Source: Trichoplax sp. H2
Lineage: Eukaryota
DNA: 64,000 bases
Direction of reading: 5' to 3'
Assembly (NCBI GenBank): GCA_003344405.1
Contig: NOWV01000003.1
Span: 1,054,001 to 1,118,000 of the forward strand
Both the position numbers and the translations under genes were made by a program. The notes under the pieces are model-generated. The model was not told the DNA's origin. It made no database searches and saw nothing but the letters and a program-made list of their open reading frames with translations. Below are positions 40,013-54,787 of the stretch, piece after piece (position 1 is the first letter of the stretch; every line of letters begins with the position of its first letter).

Positions 40013-41688
40013 TCATAATTTTAACAACACACGAACTTTTTGTACCACAAACAGCATGACCGCATTAGCTGGAATAGAACGCATCAGGCAAGGCGTAAAA
40101 CCTGGTTTCGTGATTTTTAAAAAATTGACGAGTAAGATATTGATGGAACCTTTATGATGTAATTATTAGTTATCCAACATATAATTAATTATTACGTACC
40201 TCTATAAAATCTCTTCCAACCTTCTTCTTGGTATAAAGTTCGTATACATTGTAAAATGCTTGGATATTTCCTCTTTGTAACTTCTGAAGCATCAGCTTGC
40301 ATTGCTGATTTAATTACATCAGTAGGGTAAGTCACAAACCAGTATAAAAACCCAGCTATTCCACCAGAAAGGAGTAGATCTGAGGCTGATAAGTCGGCCG
40401 TAGTGCCCCCTACATTAATATTGATTTGATTTTAAAATTGATTTATGAGAAATTCGCCCTATTCATGTACGTATATTTAGTACTAATGACCATAGAAGAT
40501 CGCTTAGCGTCTATTATGTCATTACTTCGTTAAACTAAAACAAATTACACAATGGTTTCTGTGTATGAATTCCGATATAACCTTTTGGAGCCATATACGT
40601 CATCAATGCTTCAAAAGAACCAAAGTAAAAGGCATTGGATGGTATATTTCGTAGGCAGACAGCAGGTAATGCTTGATAGATTCCTCTAATTCCATATTTT
40701 TGAGATATAACACTAGCACAGTGGAATACATTACGATAACTGGCAGGTTGACCTTGTTTTACTTTCATAATTTCAGTTTGCATTTTAGACTTAAACTTTT
40801 TCAAAAATTATGCAAAGGAATTTGTATTAATTATTGAAACAAAGTATAGTTGCTGTGTTTTATTGCTATAGTTTAAAATTGGTATCTATCAGTATCTTAC
40901 CAAATCGATTGGTCCTTCTATAAATGAAACAATGAAGCCAGTATACATCCCACATCGGAAATATTCGCTGCCATTAAGTCTAGTATGGTTATCCTTATTT
41001 CGTTTAAAGAATTCTTGTGACTAGCGTAGTAAGAAAGCAAATTGAAAGTCAATTCTATTCGGTAAGAATAAGAGAAGTGAATAGACCGCATTAGCAATAG
41101 TGATTAATTACTATTTGATCTTGCTCAAAATGAGCTATTAGATTTACTGTTTACAGAGATAATTAATTCAGAATCCTACTGTGCTACTCATGCAAGCAAG
41201 AACACCGTACAAAGTTGGGTGTTCTTCATATCGATTTCAAACCTGAAAATATGTTGTAAATAAAGTTGCACGAAAAAACATTTGCCCGACAAGAGGGGAA
41301 CCTAAATACGTAGAAATCGTACACATATAATAATAATTTATTCTTCTGGTAGACTAATCAACTAGTATTGAATTAGATTCTAACCAGTATGGATAATGTA
41401 TCATTATGTATAATTATGTAATTGATATCATGCGCTCCGTGATCTCTTACCAACTCCTTTGTATAAACCGGCTATGCCTTCCCATCGCAATGTCTTTATG
41501 AAACAGTCACGCAATCCAACGTAAACTGGATTCGCTACACTTTGAGTCTGCAGTCGTACTTTCAACGTATCGAACGGATGACCAATCAAGCATACTGCTA
41601 TTCCCCCCAAAGTTCCTGAGATAGCGTTTTTAACAATTTTATAAGCATTAGACGGTGTCTGAACTTTAGCAATGTCTAGGTCAGGCAT
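40013..41688 (-). CDS. SLC25 mitochondrial carrier, carnitine/acylcarnitine (SLC25A20/29-like) group
   Basis: Three carrier repeats with signature motifs HPFDTLKVRLQ, GPIDLFKSKMQ and YPTDVIKSAMQ. Also EGIAGLYKGVGSPLVG, RNIPSNAFYF and RSIPANAVMLF. Stop TGA is at 40013-40015. Confidence 0.92.
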
Positions 41689-41939
41689 CTCCAAATCGAT
41701 CCAGGCAAGCTTTCCACTGAGCTGGTGTTAGAAGTGTGCTGTACTCTGTACCATATTGCATATAACGAAGATAGTATAATATCTGAGACGAGAATAATAT
41801 AGAGAAAAAGGCAATTATCGCCTATTAGGCTATTTTTTATTTATAAATAGGCGCTCACAGTTAGTTTATCATTGCATACTAAATTTTACAGATACTGTAG
41901 TAGTAATTAATTTAATTTAATTTAGATCCGACTTGAGAT

Positions 41940-42030
41940 CTGGAAAAGTACCGTAGTACCGTACTACCGTACTAATTGAAGCAATTTGTACTGTACTGTA
42001 GTTACCGCACGTACTGTACAGTACAGTACA
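41940..42030. promoter_or_regulatory. TACYGTA motif cluster upstream of the SLC25 gene
   Basis: gtaccgtagtaccgtactaccgtac...gtactgtactgta...gtactgtacagtacagtac, located ~250-340 bp upstream of the ATG at 41688. Confidence 0.45.
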
Positions 42031-43243
42031 CATCACTCATTCACTCTCTCACTCTTATTCTGCTGATACTTGCGTCATTTAATTTTAGCTTTAAAATAAT
42101 TCATTTTTAGGATTTTAGAAACGTTATTTTATATTCGATGAGCTTTACAAACGATTAATAATATTGTTATTTTACACAGTACTGCTTTCTATCCAACTAT
42201 CTTTATATTATATATTAAAGTCTCTTCACCTACCTATCCGACTCTCGTTACTTTCTCGAACCTTAATGTACCATCATTCTGTACACGGTGTACAGCATAA
42301 AATGAAGTTGCCTCGGTACTTTACTAGGTCGCTACATACAGTAAATCTGTCCAGTCTAGGGTATCTAGCACTGAAATTCGACAACAAAGCACTTAGTCGC
42401 CAATTTTATTGCATTACTCTTATACAGTACTGAGTCATGCTAATCCATAAACTACGATAACTCTAAAGAATTCGGATATCGTGCATCTAGTAATCCAACG
42501 TATGTGGTATATGGATGTGCAATTGTGCATGTGTGTATGATATGTACGGTCTAAGCAAGCGGGTTGTTGGCTAGTATTACTAATATACTAACTTTTAGAG
42601 ATCAGTAATTAATTATGCAGCAATTAATTTCCATATCTATGAGATCAATCAATTTTCACAACATGCATGTGATAAAGTATGGAATCAAATTCCTTCTCTA
42701 CTTCTATATACAGTACAAATAAGAGTAATAGTATCTTCTCGATTGTATTTTATTATTTTTACTTTAAGTATTCTTCAGGTTAATGAAAGAGTTTCTATGC
42801 TGCAACGAATTTTCCACCTAAGTTTATTTTATTTTATTCCAGAAACACTTAGTGCTGTTCTAAGGATTAAATATTGCCAAATTGAAAGTTGAAAGAATAA
42901 GTATATCACTCTTTTTGTACGATATTATGACACATTTCATTTACCGATTAAATTCTTTAACAAAGAACATATATATCAAACATTAGTACAAATTTCATCT
43001 ATTGAATTATAGAGAATATCCAATTTATCGATAAAATTGAAATAACTATACGGTCTTCTCATTGTATCATATTTTATAGCAACACATACAGCTCATGTAG
43101 ATTCTGTTTGATCTAGCGAACGGGAGTTATAAATAGCTAGAAAGTTAACGACAATCAATATTCAAGATAAGGCTACAGCAGCTATGATGGGTCAGATGTA
43201 GATTCTCGAAAATATAGCTACATTAATTAAAGAAATTCTGCTA

Positions 43244-46200
43244 TTAAATCTTAGAAAATGTGTTTCGAACGGATATTGGTATACGACTGACGTAGCGATC
43301 ATGGTTTTGCATCGTAGCAAGCACTCCAAATTCATTAATATGTTCAACAGTCTTATGATACTGCATATGATTGCCAAAAACATCTGTAAGTTTCCCTCCG
43401 ATAGTCTCCACAAGAGCTTCGCATGCACAAGTATCCCATTTTTTCGTTCCTTTGCTTGCATAGAGATATACATCAGCAGCACCTGCATATAGTTAGTAAT
43501 TATTAAGCAAGTGATTCAAAGCAGAAGTTAATTAAGTTACAATCTTGAGATGTCCTACACTTGAATGTACATAGATAGAATGAAAAAATTTGAAACTGAA
43601 CTTAACATAGATATCTGACTTGCATTTCTTATGCCTTGTTCTTAATAGAATTGTGCTGTGTTTACGCTCAAACGGATTGTTTTGCTTACATCAAAGAGAC
43701 ATATCAATATATCGAAGTATAATTACCTTCTAGTAGTAGAACGGTCTTGTACCCAGCACCCCCAACATGAAGAACTTTATCCGGTTTCATTGCGTTAATA
43801 GAGTCAGTGATAACTTGATTAATCCGTGATTTAGTTGAAATAACTATACACCTATCATTTGGCGGTGTCGTGTGAGCAAAGCCGTAGGTTCCAATGCCTA
43901 CAATACCATATAGTGTGCGCCCAAGCCGACTCTCACTGTTCTTATAATAAGGCTGGTGAATGATACCAGCAATAGGTTTACCCTCAAATGCAAATCCAAT
44001 TAGGACAGTTACATGGTCCGTGAAGCCTAGTCAATGCAATAGAATAACTAATTAATATGACGTACTCTACGAGCAAGTTCGATTTACAGTGTAAAAGGGC
44101 AAATTAGTTTGAATAGAAATGCAGAAATTTATCTTAAATTTTACATGTACAGGTAGATGAAGGAGTAATCTATTAACTTTTGCAAGTATAACATATTAAA
44201 TATCGTCCTAATTTGAAGTAATTCCATAAAAAAGTATAATCATCATTTTACAGTATTTTTAGACTAGAATAGCGTATCAGAGTCCTAGTAAGCTTATTCT
44301 TTAACAAATAGTAATGCCTATCATCAGGATCCAACATTGAAAAGAAACTGACATAAATACAATTTGCGAAAACCTTGTGCAAATTCTCTAGTTCCGTCTA
44401 ATGGATCAACCCAAACGACGACATCTTCTTCTTTTATACTGTGTATCTTTTCATGACATTTTAGTTTAAGAACATCTTCACTTGCATCAGAAGAAAATAA
44501 TTCTGGCGAAATATCATTTGGATCCAGATCCTAAGTAAGTTCAGCAAGAATATTTAAAATACTAATATCGTTATACATATTGAACTTATTCCAGCTAACT
44601 CGTTCAAATTTTATATAATAGCGGAGTGATTTCATTTAAATTAAGTCGTTAACAGTATTGATAACATTAAAAATAGCCCTCATCGCCATAATTTGTAATT
44701 GAGATACGCATATGAAAATTGTGTATGAAGGCGATCAAGTTATTATAAATTCATTCAGTATATGCTAATAAAGGGTTCTACGTATTAATGATTCTATGCA
44801 TTCTCAGATGTTCTTCTCATCCTACGGCATGAACATGGTAAAACTTTTAATCAAGTAGCTCTGTTTTCATATCTTATTTTTAAAAATATCGTACAAAATA
44901 TTTTATAATCTGGAATTGCAGCAATAAATTAAATATTCACTATTAGTTGTATACTCTCTATAATAACGTGTACGTACGCGTATAATACAGCCTTGTCTTT
45001 AACTAATTTCACAGTACAATATTAGGGAATCAATCTATAAATGTTTTAAGTGACGTAAATCTTTTTACGGTAACTTATTACACTACAGTCTATTCTTAGT
45101 TTGTCATAATATTAGGAACAATAATAAGATTAGCAATTGTTAATAAACACTATTCGTGAAGTTTCATTACTTCTTCTCCAATGATGGTTGCCTTTGGATA
45201 TTGCCTTATTAACGAACCGATAATATGCTGCTGAGCAACACGGTCAGCTTCAGTTTGCGGATCATTAATTCCCTATGTTAGATCAAAGATACAAGTTCAA
45301 CGATTAGCTGAGTAAGTTACCGTTGTGTAGGCTTGATTCTAGATACTAGTAACCGTAAAATAAGACTAATTTCCTATATAGATTAGTGCTTCAATTTCGT
45401 ACAAGTATACTTTCTGATAGGCGTAAGTAATTTAAGTGGCAATTATGACTGATTATTACAGCATAATACAGTATTTAGGACTAGTAATAGCTGATCCTGG
45501 TTACAATACAGTACTTATACCATAATCAATTTTATACACCTTGTTTATAAAGCAACTGAATCACTACGTTAATTGACATTAGCGTTGCAACAATAATATC
45601 GATGATAGCATTATCGGTCGTGTTCACTTTCATGGAATATTCAAGTACTGACTGTGAGTACGAAGGCATAATAAATATCGTCGGTGTACGATATAGTATA
45701 TTACACATATAATAATTAATCAAAGAAGATCAGCTTATATTGTCTACGACGAAAATTCCACATAAGTACAATTGTTACAAAAGGAAATTTATATCGAAGA
45801 GAACGAAAGCTAGGACTAGGAAATTGGACCCTACGGATCGCTACTGTCAGGTTTGTCCTCCCCGACATCTACCTACGGGACGATTCTAAAATGCTGACGA
45901 TCTCTCCATCGCTAGGAAGTAACAGTAAAATGCTGATTATTTCTTTTTGGCGCTAGTAGTATCTTTGTAGAAAAAAGATCTACATGAAGATCATTATTAA
46001 CAGTAAGTTATCCAATGTCAACTCTTGCTACTACTGTACCACCCTGGACGTTTGCTTGTAGGGTACTACAGTATTGTACAGTATAGCAGACGTAGAACAT
46101 AAACCAAACCTTTCTCAGGTCTACAACACAGTATATAGTATAATAAAGTGATATTAAACCTTTCTTAGGATTAATATATACTGTATTTAAAAGCGGATAT

Positions 46201-46519
46201 CATTGAAATGTACTATGTCGGTAATTAATTATAAAGTGTTGGAGTAATCACAGTATTCGTGCTTGATTACCTCATCCTAGGCTAGAATTAATATTCTAAT
46301 CGTAGACTAGTACTTCTGCTACCGGCGATTGCAGACGATATCCACTAAGTAGCGTGGTATGACAAGTGCTGGAAATATACACTTACAGTATATGAAAAAT
46401 ACCTTATCTATAACTTCAAGATGTCCAGTTTTCATAATTCTACGAATATGTTGGCCAGCCGAAGCAGCCAGTGATACGGACGAAGCCACCATTCGAAGCA
46501 AGATTGGAGCTACAGCCAT
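43244..46519 (-). CDS. BPNT1: 3'(2'),5'-bisphosphate nucleotidase 1 (inositol monophosphatase family)
   Basis: Five exons encode DPQTEADR, IIGEE, VWVDPLDGTREF, VTVLIG, GIIHQP, GGAGYK and KKWDTCACEA. Stop TAA is at 43244-43246. Confidence 0.95.
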
Positions 46520-48593
46520 CTTTTCTTTCTGGATTGGTGATTTGTGACGCAATGTTTAGTAGTGGTGATCAGTGCCTTGCAAAATAATATATACCAGTAT
46601 AGTCATGTAAATTCCTCCTACTTCCCTATTTGCCTGAACGTCTATTATTGATGCAATTTTTTATAGTCATCGTCATACTGTATACAGTACCGTACAGTAC
46701 AGCTACAGTAGTCCCTTAGTGGATTGTACCAATGCTTTAATAAAGCAAAGGGCCAGTGATTTGAATTGAATGTAAACCTTGCCTATTTCAATTTCTGACC
46801 TAATTAAAAGGATGGAAGTAATTTAAGCGTTTTGTATCTACACCGCCATATTTCGCCTCCAATTGCGTGTTATAGTGGCAATACAGTAAATCACAACTAT
46901 TTAAACAAACTGATTTATATATATTAGACTGATCGATTGCTCTGCTGTTGTTTCTGCCATTGGTGTACAGTAGTTTATCACCTTTATTTAATTGAGCCAT
47001 AGCCATATGGTTTTTTTTCGACTGTTTTGATTTGAGCTCTATATTCATCGTGCACGATTCCTAGATTTCTTCTTTGCCCGTAGCAAGTAGTAGAAATACC
47101 CGTTTGAAATGACCAGACACTGCTGTATACGGGTATCCAACAAGTCTACTTGTCGCGAATAATCATTAAAAATATGTGTATCGTTAGACTAACACACGAA
47201 GTCCGAACCGTAGCGTAATGTCATGTCTGATAATTTAATCATACTGTAATTATAACAGGTAGGTTCTAAGTTATAATAATCTTAGATTACAAATTATCAA
47301 CATGTTATGCTATCAAAATGCTTGTCTGTGTAGTGTCTAGCAATTGAGTAAACTTTAATATCTGTATAGTACGACGCTGCTAAGTTACAAAACGATCCGT
47401 TACTATTAGAGCGAGAATCTTGTAAAAAGGAAAGTCTTAAGACCTCTTCGGCTTTGCTTCACACGATCATTCAATGACTTTGCTAATGTATGTACAACAC
47501 AGCCTTCAATAAAGTCTATAAACTAGTAGCAAAGTGCGAGCTGCATTTTATGAAAAGTATCACTACTCAACCTCAAGATCCACCACACTACTAATATACT
47601 GTCGATACGTCATCACCATCTGTGCAGACAGCGATTTAACTTCTCAACATTGCAGTATAATCGAATGGGTCCCCATTATCTTTACGTTTAATATACTTTA
47701 TTTATTAACCGAAATACCTACTTATTGTAGTATCTGAGGATTTATTCCTAAAAACTATTCATCTCACGAGGTCAGACCTTCCTTATATCATACTCGTGTT
47801 TAATTAATTAATAATTATAAATTATATAATATAATATATATTTAACATATTACAAGTTTGGAATGATGCTGTTTCTGATCGAAAGAAAGTCTCAATGCTA
47901 GAAGCCATTGCTTTAATTTGCATGATTATGACCATTATATCATTTATATTTAGCAACTGCAATAATTTATTGTTATTTGGATTCAGGAAGCACACACAGA
48001 GTATCGTATTTAGTGGATAAGATACACACGGATAAGAAGATAATTCCACGGAGATTCTATCGACTATTCAATCTTTACATCAATTACGATTTCTAAACTA
48101 GCTAATTCTATCATTTTACTATTTCGTATGCAATCCACCTAAAGATAGGTATTCTCATTTCGTAATTAATGATACGATATTTCATCCGAAACTAGAGGGT
48201 AATTTTATATTGTTAATAATTCAGCTATGAAATGATATAACCGAAATTATCATGGTAAAATACTCAGTAAACTATGAAGAATTCATGTCTTGGTGTGACT
48301 ACCAAGTCGTGACTGAGGTAGGAAAAGCTTATCAATCGGTTATTTAGAATACAACATCCTTGAAGAATTTATATCTCGACTGAGGCATTAAATTATATCC
48401 AACGAGGCTATAACACTGTGTAATTAAAGAACTTCAGAGTGAAAATTACACTTACATTGCAAACACTCACCATACAAGACTTTTTACCTCAAATTAAGCT
48501 TAGAAATATTCTTAATTATAGCGGTTTATAAATTCACTCCCATAAGAATATTAATTAATCTTAATTGTGATGCTATCGAATAAAATTATCGAC

Positions 48594-51500
48594 TTATTCC
48601 TCAAGCATTGTACTACATAACCTATCTAATTCGGTTTGTAGTTGTGCATTCCTATCTTCTACAGTCAACCTATTACAAAAGAAAGCTAATAAATACGCTA
48701 TTGATAAAGATCGATTCATGTATTAGTTGTTCTAAAATATGTTCTTATCTATCATGATCTAGAATAAGAAAATTAATTAACAAATTTAGACCTTGCTCTT
48801 CTTTCGTATTTCAATTTAATTTGCAATACTCGGGTTGTTTTTCTTTCAGTTTCAAGCAATTTTATTAAATCCTTTAATTTGTCCTCGTATTCTGTCTTCA
48901 ATGTTTCCATTTGGCCCACTAACTTATCTACCTGACCTTTCAGTTTAGACTTTTCTTTTTCTAATATCGTAATTTCAGTACTAGCTGTATTGTAGGATTG
49001 AGCTGGAAATTTTTGAAAATATGTAAGTATGATTTATCAATGGTAAATACTAATCGTTTACTATCTCTATGTAATAAAGTTACAGTAATACCAAAATCAT
49101 TACAAGGATACTAATTTTAGTTGTTATTATTATGAGCAATAACTTTCGACTTACATAACTGCGAACTAGCAACTTCCAAATCTTGATAAATGTCTTCTGA
49201 TATAGTACTTTCTCTGCTCTGATCGCTAAGATTTTAATATAAAGAACAGAAAACAAAGCAAGATCTTAACAAGCAAGGCATCATTTATCCAATTCCTTGT
49301 TCATCAGAATTATTTGGCATGATAAAATGACTTCGTCTTTGCTATCTTATGCTTTGGCTATGTGGTCATTATAATATCAGGGTTACCTTTAACTATATTG
49401 TGAAATTAACAATTAAAGTTAGAAATCATTAAAGAAATTTCACTGAGCTAATAAATTCACAATACGCGCAATTCTATACAGATAAGTTGCTAGATAAAAA
49501 TCAGAAATTCTTTCTAATCTTTGCAATAAAATTATATGTCCTGTATTCAGTAATATTGCCAGCAATAAAATAAGCAATGCTATAATTAAACAACTATAGA
49601 TATTAATAAAATTCGGTAGTAAAGACAATTCAAACAAAAAATTGAGTGACAGATACACATGTGTAATTTTTACCTTTGTTAAACTATCAGAAATTCTTCA
49701 GCTATCAAATTAGGTGAAAATTTTATACAAATCGACAAGAATATGCGTATAAATGTAACAATGACAATTATACTCTACGCTGTAATAGATTTTAGTTCCA
49801 TTTGATAAGGAAATTATTTCCCAAAATAGAAATGTAATAAAAAGTTTGTGGGATTGACGCTAATAATTACCTGCCATCTGGTTTCGAAGCACTGATGACA
49901 AAAATGTCATTATAATGTCGAATTAAAACTTTCGTAATGTCAGCCAACATTTTGGTGCTTTTCATTAGCACTTCAGGGTCATGAAACTATAAAAAAAACA
50001 GTTAAAGATCTAGTAGTAGTTGAAAGAATAGTATATACCATCAGCATATATCCAATATGCATGCAAAAATTTCAGTAATTAAGGCCCTAATGATAGTTTT
50101 TCGAACACGATTTCATTTATTTGATCTTACATTAACGGTCAGCATATTGGGTCCAAATACGGTAGATAAGTTATCAATATCCATTTTATTCATCGATGAA
50201 TATTCTTGCACATCATTTAAAAATTTCCTGGAAGTGGTAATGAATCAATTATTTAGATCCCAGTTTTAGATCAGTAGCTAAATTTAAAAAAATTTTAGTT
50301 AAGAAATAATATTACTTCAAGGAATGATCTATTGTTAAATTATGGAAAAATAAAGCGTACATAAGGAACTTGACAAGGTCATAATTTACACTTGGAATTT
50401 CATTTAGTATTTGAATGATTTGATTGATACCTTTAAACTTATTTGCATCATATGCTAAAATAATTACATCAATGACAAAGTATCCGATTAGGATAACGAT
50501 TACGTATGCTAAAATCTCTCATATTAAAAATATATTCAACATCAAGGCGCCAATAGTCTAGCTTACTATTGATAGCTATCACACATAAATCATAATTTTC
50601 ACTCGGAATCAATGATTCTGGTAATTCTCGTAGATAGAGTTTTAGTAATGATGCGACGGTATGAATATCAGTCTCTTCTGGTATGATATAATCAATTCCT
50701 ACGAAGAATATAAAGGTCAAAGTTTTACCATAATATTTTAAATGGATATTTTACGTAATACTACGAATGTCTGTCTAATTAGCCTTTTTGTCAATTGGTG
50801 AATTAACAAGTACGTCCAATTAATTGCTTCTTTAATAACGAGTTATGTCATAGAACTATATTGTAAATATAGCTCCTATGGCAAGTCTTATTACTATTAG
50901 GGTTTCATCTACCGCGACATTGCTGAAATTTTTTTACTGTACTTATTAATATGGATAGAAGCATAGCTAGATCGGTGAGATTTTAAGATTTATTATACTG
51001 TTGCACACTCTCCGTAATTTATTGAAGTGAATATAAGACATATTAAACACTTTACTGCTACTGAAATATCGTAAAAAAAGCATATAATATATCGGAATAT
51101 TCAGGTATGAGGTTTTATCCAATAATCAGTATATGATGACACTTAAGTAGGTATACTATAAGAATGTACTAATGTGAATAGGGATTCAGTAATTTTAGAT
51201 TAAATAAGAATGTTTATCGTGACAGACACCAAGCAGTAAAGTAAGACTGTAATTATCAGGATAACTATAAAAAAAGATTAAGTTCATAGCTAAATACTTG
51301 CTATGTACTCTTTTACAATTTAATGTAATTATTATGAGTGAATGCACTCGATTTGCTATCTCTGTAACTCGATCTTACCTTCGTCGAAATGCGCCTTAAG
51401 GTCTTTAACTTTATTTGTATTGCCAGGAAGGCGGAAAAGACCTTCCTCGTCCAAGCCTGCAAATTAGTTATAAATAAACTATTTCATATTGATTTGTATT

Positions 51501-52553
51501 ACGGTAAAATAATAAATTGGTCTGATTTTTTCAATTTTTAGAATAAGAATAATGAAGAAGAGAAAAATCTGCACAAGTTGTCATCAGATATGGTTACGCT
51601 ATATCATGAAGTAGTAACCTGTTGATCGAATAAACTTGACGCTCTCTCGTACAACATTGGGAATAGAACCTTTGGATAAGGTAGTACTTTGGCGGCGTAT
51701 CACTTGGCTTAATCTCTGACCAAAAACTGCATTTTCTCTCTATACCATTTTTAAATATATATAGATGAAAAATTAAAATTGAATGATTTGCTATCTTTAC
51801 ATTACTGTATTTTAGCATAATTACTGGAATGATTTTCATTGAAGATGTTAATCATCATACAATATCTGTCGAATAGACTTGCTGTATAGAATTTACTTTA
51901 CTATTTCAGTATAAAAATAAATTACTTGATCCATTCCTTTCCTAATAGCTTTTATGGCATCTTCAATATCTTTAGCAGTGTTGGAACTAATGACATGATT
52001 GTCAGGAGGATCTTAAAAGGATTAAGATACATTAGCATAGTTTGGATACCCTTGATCTACTCATGAACATGTCATGAGCTTGACTGTATAGTAAATAGTA
52101 AAAATGTAGAGAAATAATGCATTTCTATAATCCTTTTCCCCGTAATACAAGTTAACTCTCACTGGATATTTCAAATCGATGTTCCCCATTTTCTATCGAA
52201 AGTTCATTAATAGTACAACCAATTAATGATACAGAACCTGCTACCTTAGTGTCCTGAAGAAGTTATAAAAGGTGATATTAACTGAAAATATTGATTAAAA
52301 GTTATTCTTTTTATCAAAATAAATTCAATTTAGAAGAAGCTTCAAAAGATATATAATATATCTTGAAAATTTGTGAGAATATGCTAACGATTTAAGAAAA
52401 AAATGATAGAATAGATTGCAATGATTAATAATATCTTACATCTTTTTCACGATAGTATTGCAACGACTCTAGTGTAATAACAATCCAGCGTTTTTTGGCC
52501 ATTCTATTCCATCCTGACGATTTCGAGATATTGAGATAGCCACTGAACAGGGA
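48594..52553 (-). CDS. ARHGAP24: PH + RhoGAP + C-terminal coiled-coil protein (ARHGAP22/24/25 family); start codon not resolved
   Basis: PH exon: [25 protein letters not shown] domain: [12 protein letters not shown] (arginine finger intact), [39 protein letters not shown]. Coiled-coil tail: [12 protein letters not shown]...[22 protein letters not shown]. Stop is at 48594-48596. Confidence 0.88.
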
Positions 52554-54787
52554 CTATTTTGAATACAAGAGTAGATCAACAGGAATAAAGCTAGATAATT
52601 ATATTAAAGGTGTACATTATAGTTTCCTTTTATAAGCTCATTCTGACGATAAAATAAGATTGATATTGTCTTTCACCATTGTAAATGAAAGACTAACGAT
52701 TGATCAGTGACAAGAATTAAAAGAATCTTCTATTTCTTACGATTGAAGATAATTGTGATGGATTGTATCTAGTATTAGACATGTTAGTTAAGCCGTTCTT
52801 GATTTGAGTTGTTCCAAGGCGTACAATATTACAGGCAAATATTCTCACGGGATCACTGCTTTATAACCTTTGGACTATGTTTTCATTAGAATAATATAAA
52901 TAAATTTTGGCCAGTCATATAAATATAGGAAGTCATACAGGTAAGGTAATAAGACAAAAGTAGATCTACTCTGCCAATGACGAATCTGGCTACAGAAATT
53001 TTCGAGCAATGCAGTATTAATTACATGATTACACATCGATCAATAATCAGGTTCTTGAAGTAATTTTAACCCGTAGTAGTTATCAAAATGCGTAATATAA
53101 TTAATTTACTGTTAATTTCAACATAAATCCTATAGGTTTGCTTTGCTTTATTACCTTTATTGGATATTTGCCACTGCTAAAAGATGATAAAGTAGTAACC
53201 AAATGGGGATAGAGTCTAGAGATACACAAATAAGTCTTATTGGCTGATATTGAGTAAATTATTATTACTCAATTCTCTGACTATGTCTTCATATAGGTGA
53301 TACGGTATTAATATGCTTTTTCACATACGTGTATACTGTAATGCAACAAGCTCTGCACTTAGGTATTACAAATATTTGAGGGTAATTAGCGCGCTACGAC
53401 TTAAATCAAAAAAGAGTTTGTGTCAGCGTTTATAAGAAGTTGATATTAACATATCATGGCATGATAGTACTATCGTGTGGTATATAAAATATAAAATCGG
53501 TTAAATATATATAGAAGGGTATGGTTCAATTTTGTGAATTATGGAATTATCTACTTTACCATTTCTATAGTATACGAGTATGTTATTGTATCACCTACGG
53601 TACATGCAGCAAGCATTGTACTGTATATATGAAATACTATAATTATGGACTACTAGATGCACCATATCAAGTACTGTAGTCCGTGCTGTATTTTTTAAAC
53701 GCTAATGTCGTTAAATAATACTAGATAACAACCCATACAATTGAACGGAATGTTTGAGTTTGCTTAGGCTTCCTTAGCTGCATAATATGCTCGTAATAGT
53801 ATCTAGAATAAATAAATGTACCGTATGATGCCAAATATTCTTTTATGACGTAATCAAATCATGCGGAGATCATTTAATACTTATTACGCCATCGTTTATT
53901 AATTTCTAGTATCAGTAGTTACATCTGAAATAATTAATCATTACTGGTACTGTAGGTATGAATGCTTTTGATACCTATCATAAATGAGCTATTGTATTGT
54001 GTACAATTTGCAATAACTGGCATTATTCCGGTCTGGTTGAAAGATGATTAGAGTTTTGTATTTTTCTCAATCTACTGAAGATTTATGATTTCAGGTTCTA
54101 TGTTGTGTTACAGGACAAACCACACACCAGTAATAAGAAACCAATTTTATTACAGTCGGCAGTATTCAGTAAAAATACCTTGATTACAATAATAATTATG
54201 ATGTTGCTCTTAAGATATAATACTGGAGAATCTAGTACCGCAACTACGAGTACATTGCAGAACTATCAAAACTGAAATAAATTAAGAACCTATCGATATA
54301 ACTAATACAATTTAAAACCATTCTCTAAGGTTCTATAGCACTCTTCCAAAATCATTAACGGCAGATGATGTAATTTCATACTTGTTGCAGTATCAATATT
54401 TACTTGTATAGGCAGCTGATATTCAATTAGCTAATAATCACTGAGCAAATTTTGTTGCCATTTTTATTAATATGCTAGATATTGCTGACTACTTTGTTAG
54501 TAATAGAATGATTGTTTCCGTATATAAAAAAATTAAGCACGGATGAGTATATATTAATAAAATTTAAGATACGTATTATTTCAGTGAAGAATTTAATCTG
54601 CTGCTTCATATGATACCCATATTATTGTAAGAAATAACGATAGCAATATTTAATCTTGTTTTGCATCACGACATGTTATTAGCCGTTACATAGATAATTT
54701 GATTGTTAAAAATTAATTAATATTTACAAAATTCATCAATTTTGACAGTAAATGTAATACTGTATGATTTAATTCAATTTAGGTAGG

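Noticed and set aside
46800..47048. 82-aa ORF upstream of BPNT1
   Set aside because: No recognisable domain and no convincing splice partners. It cannot be supported as coding.
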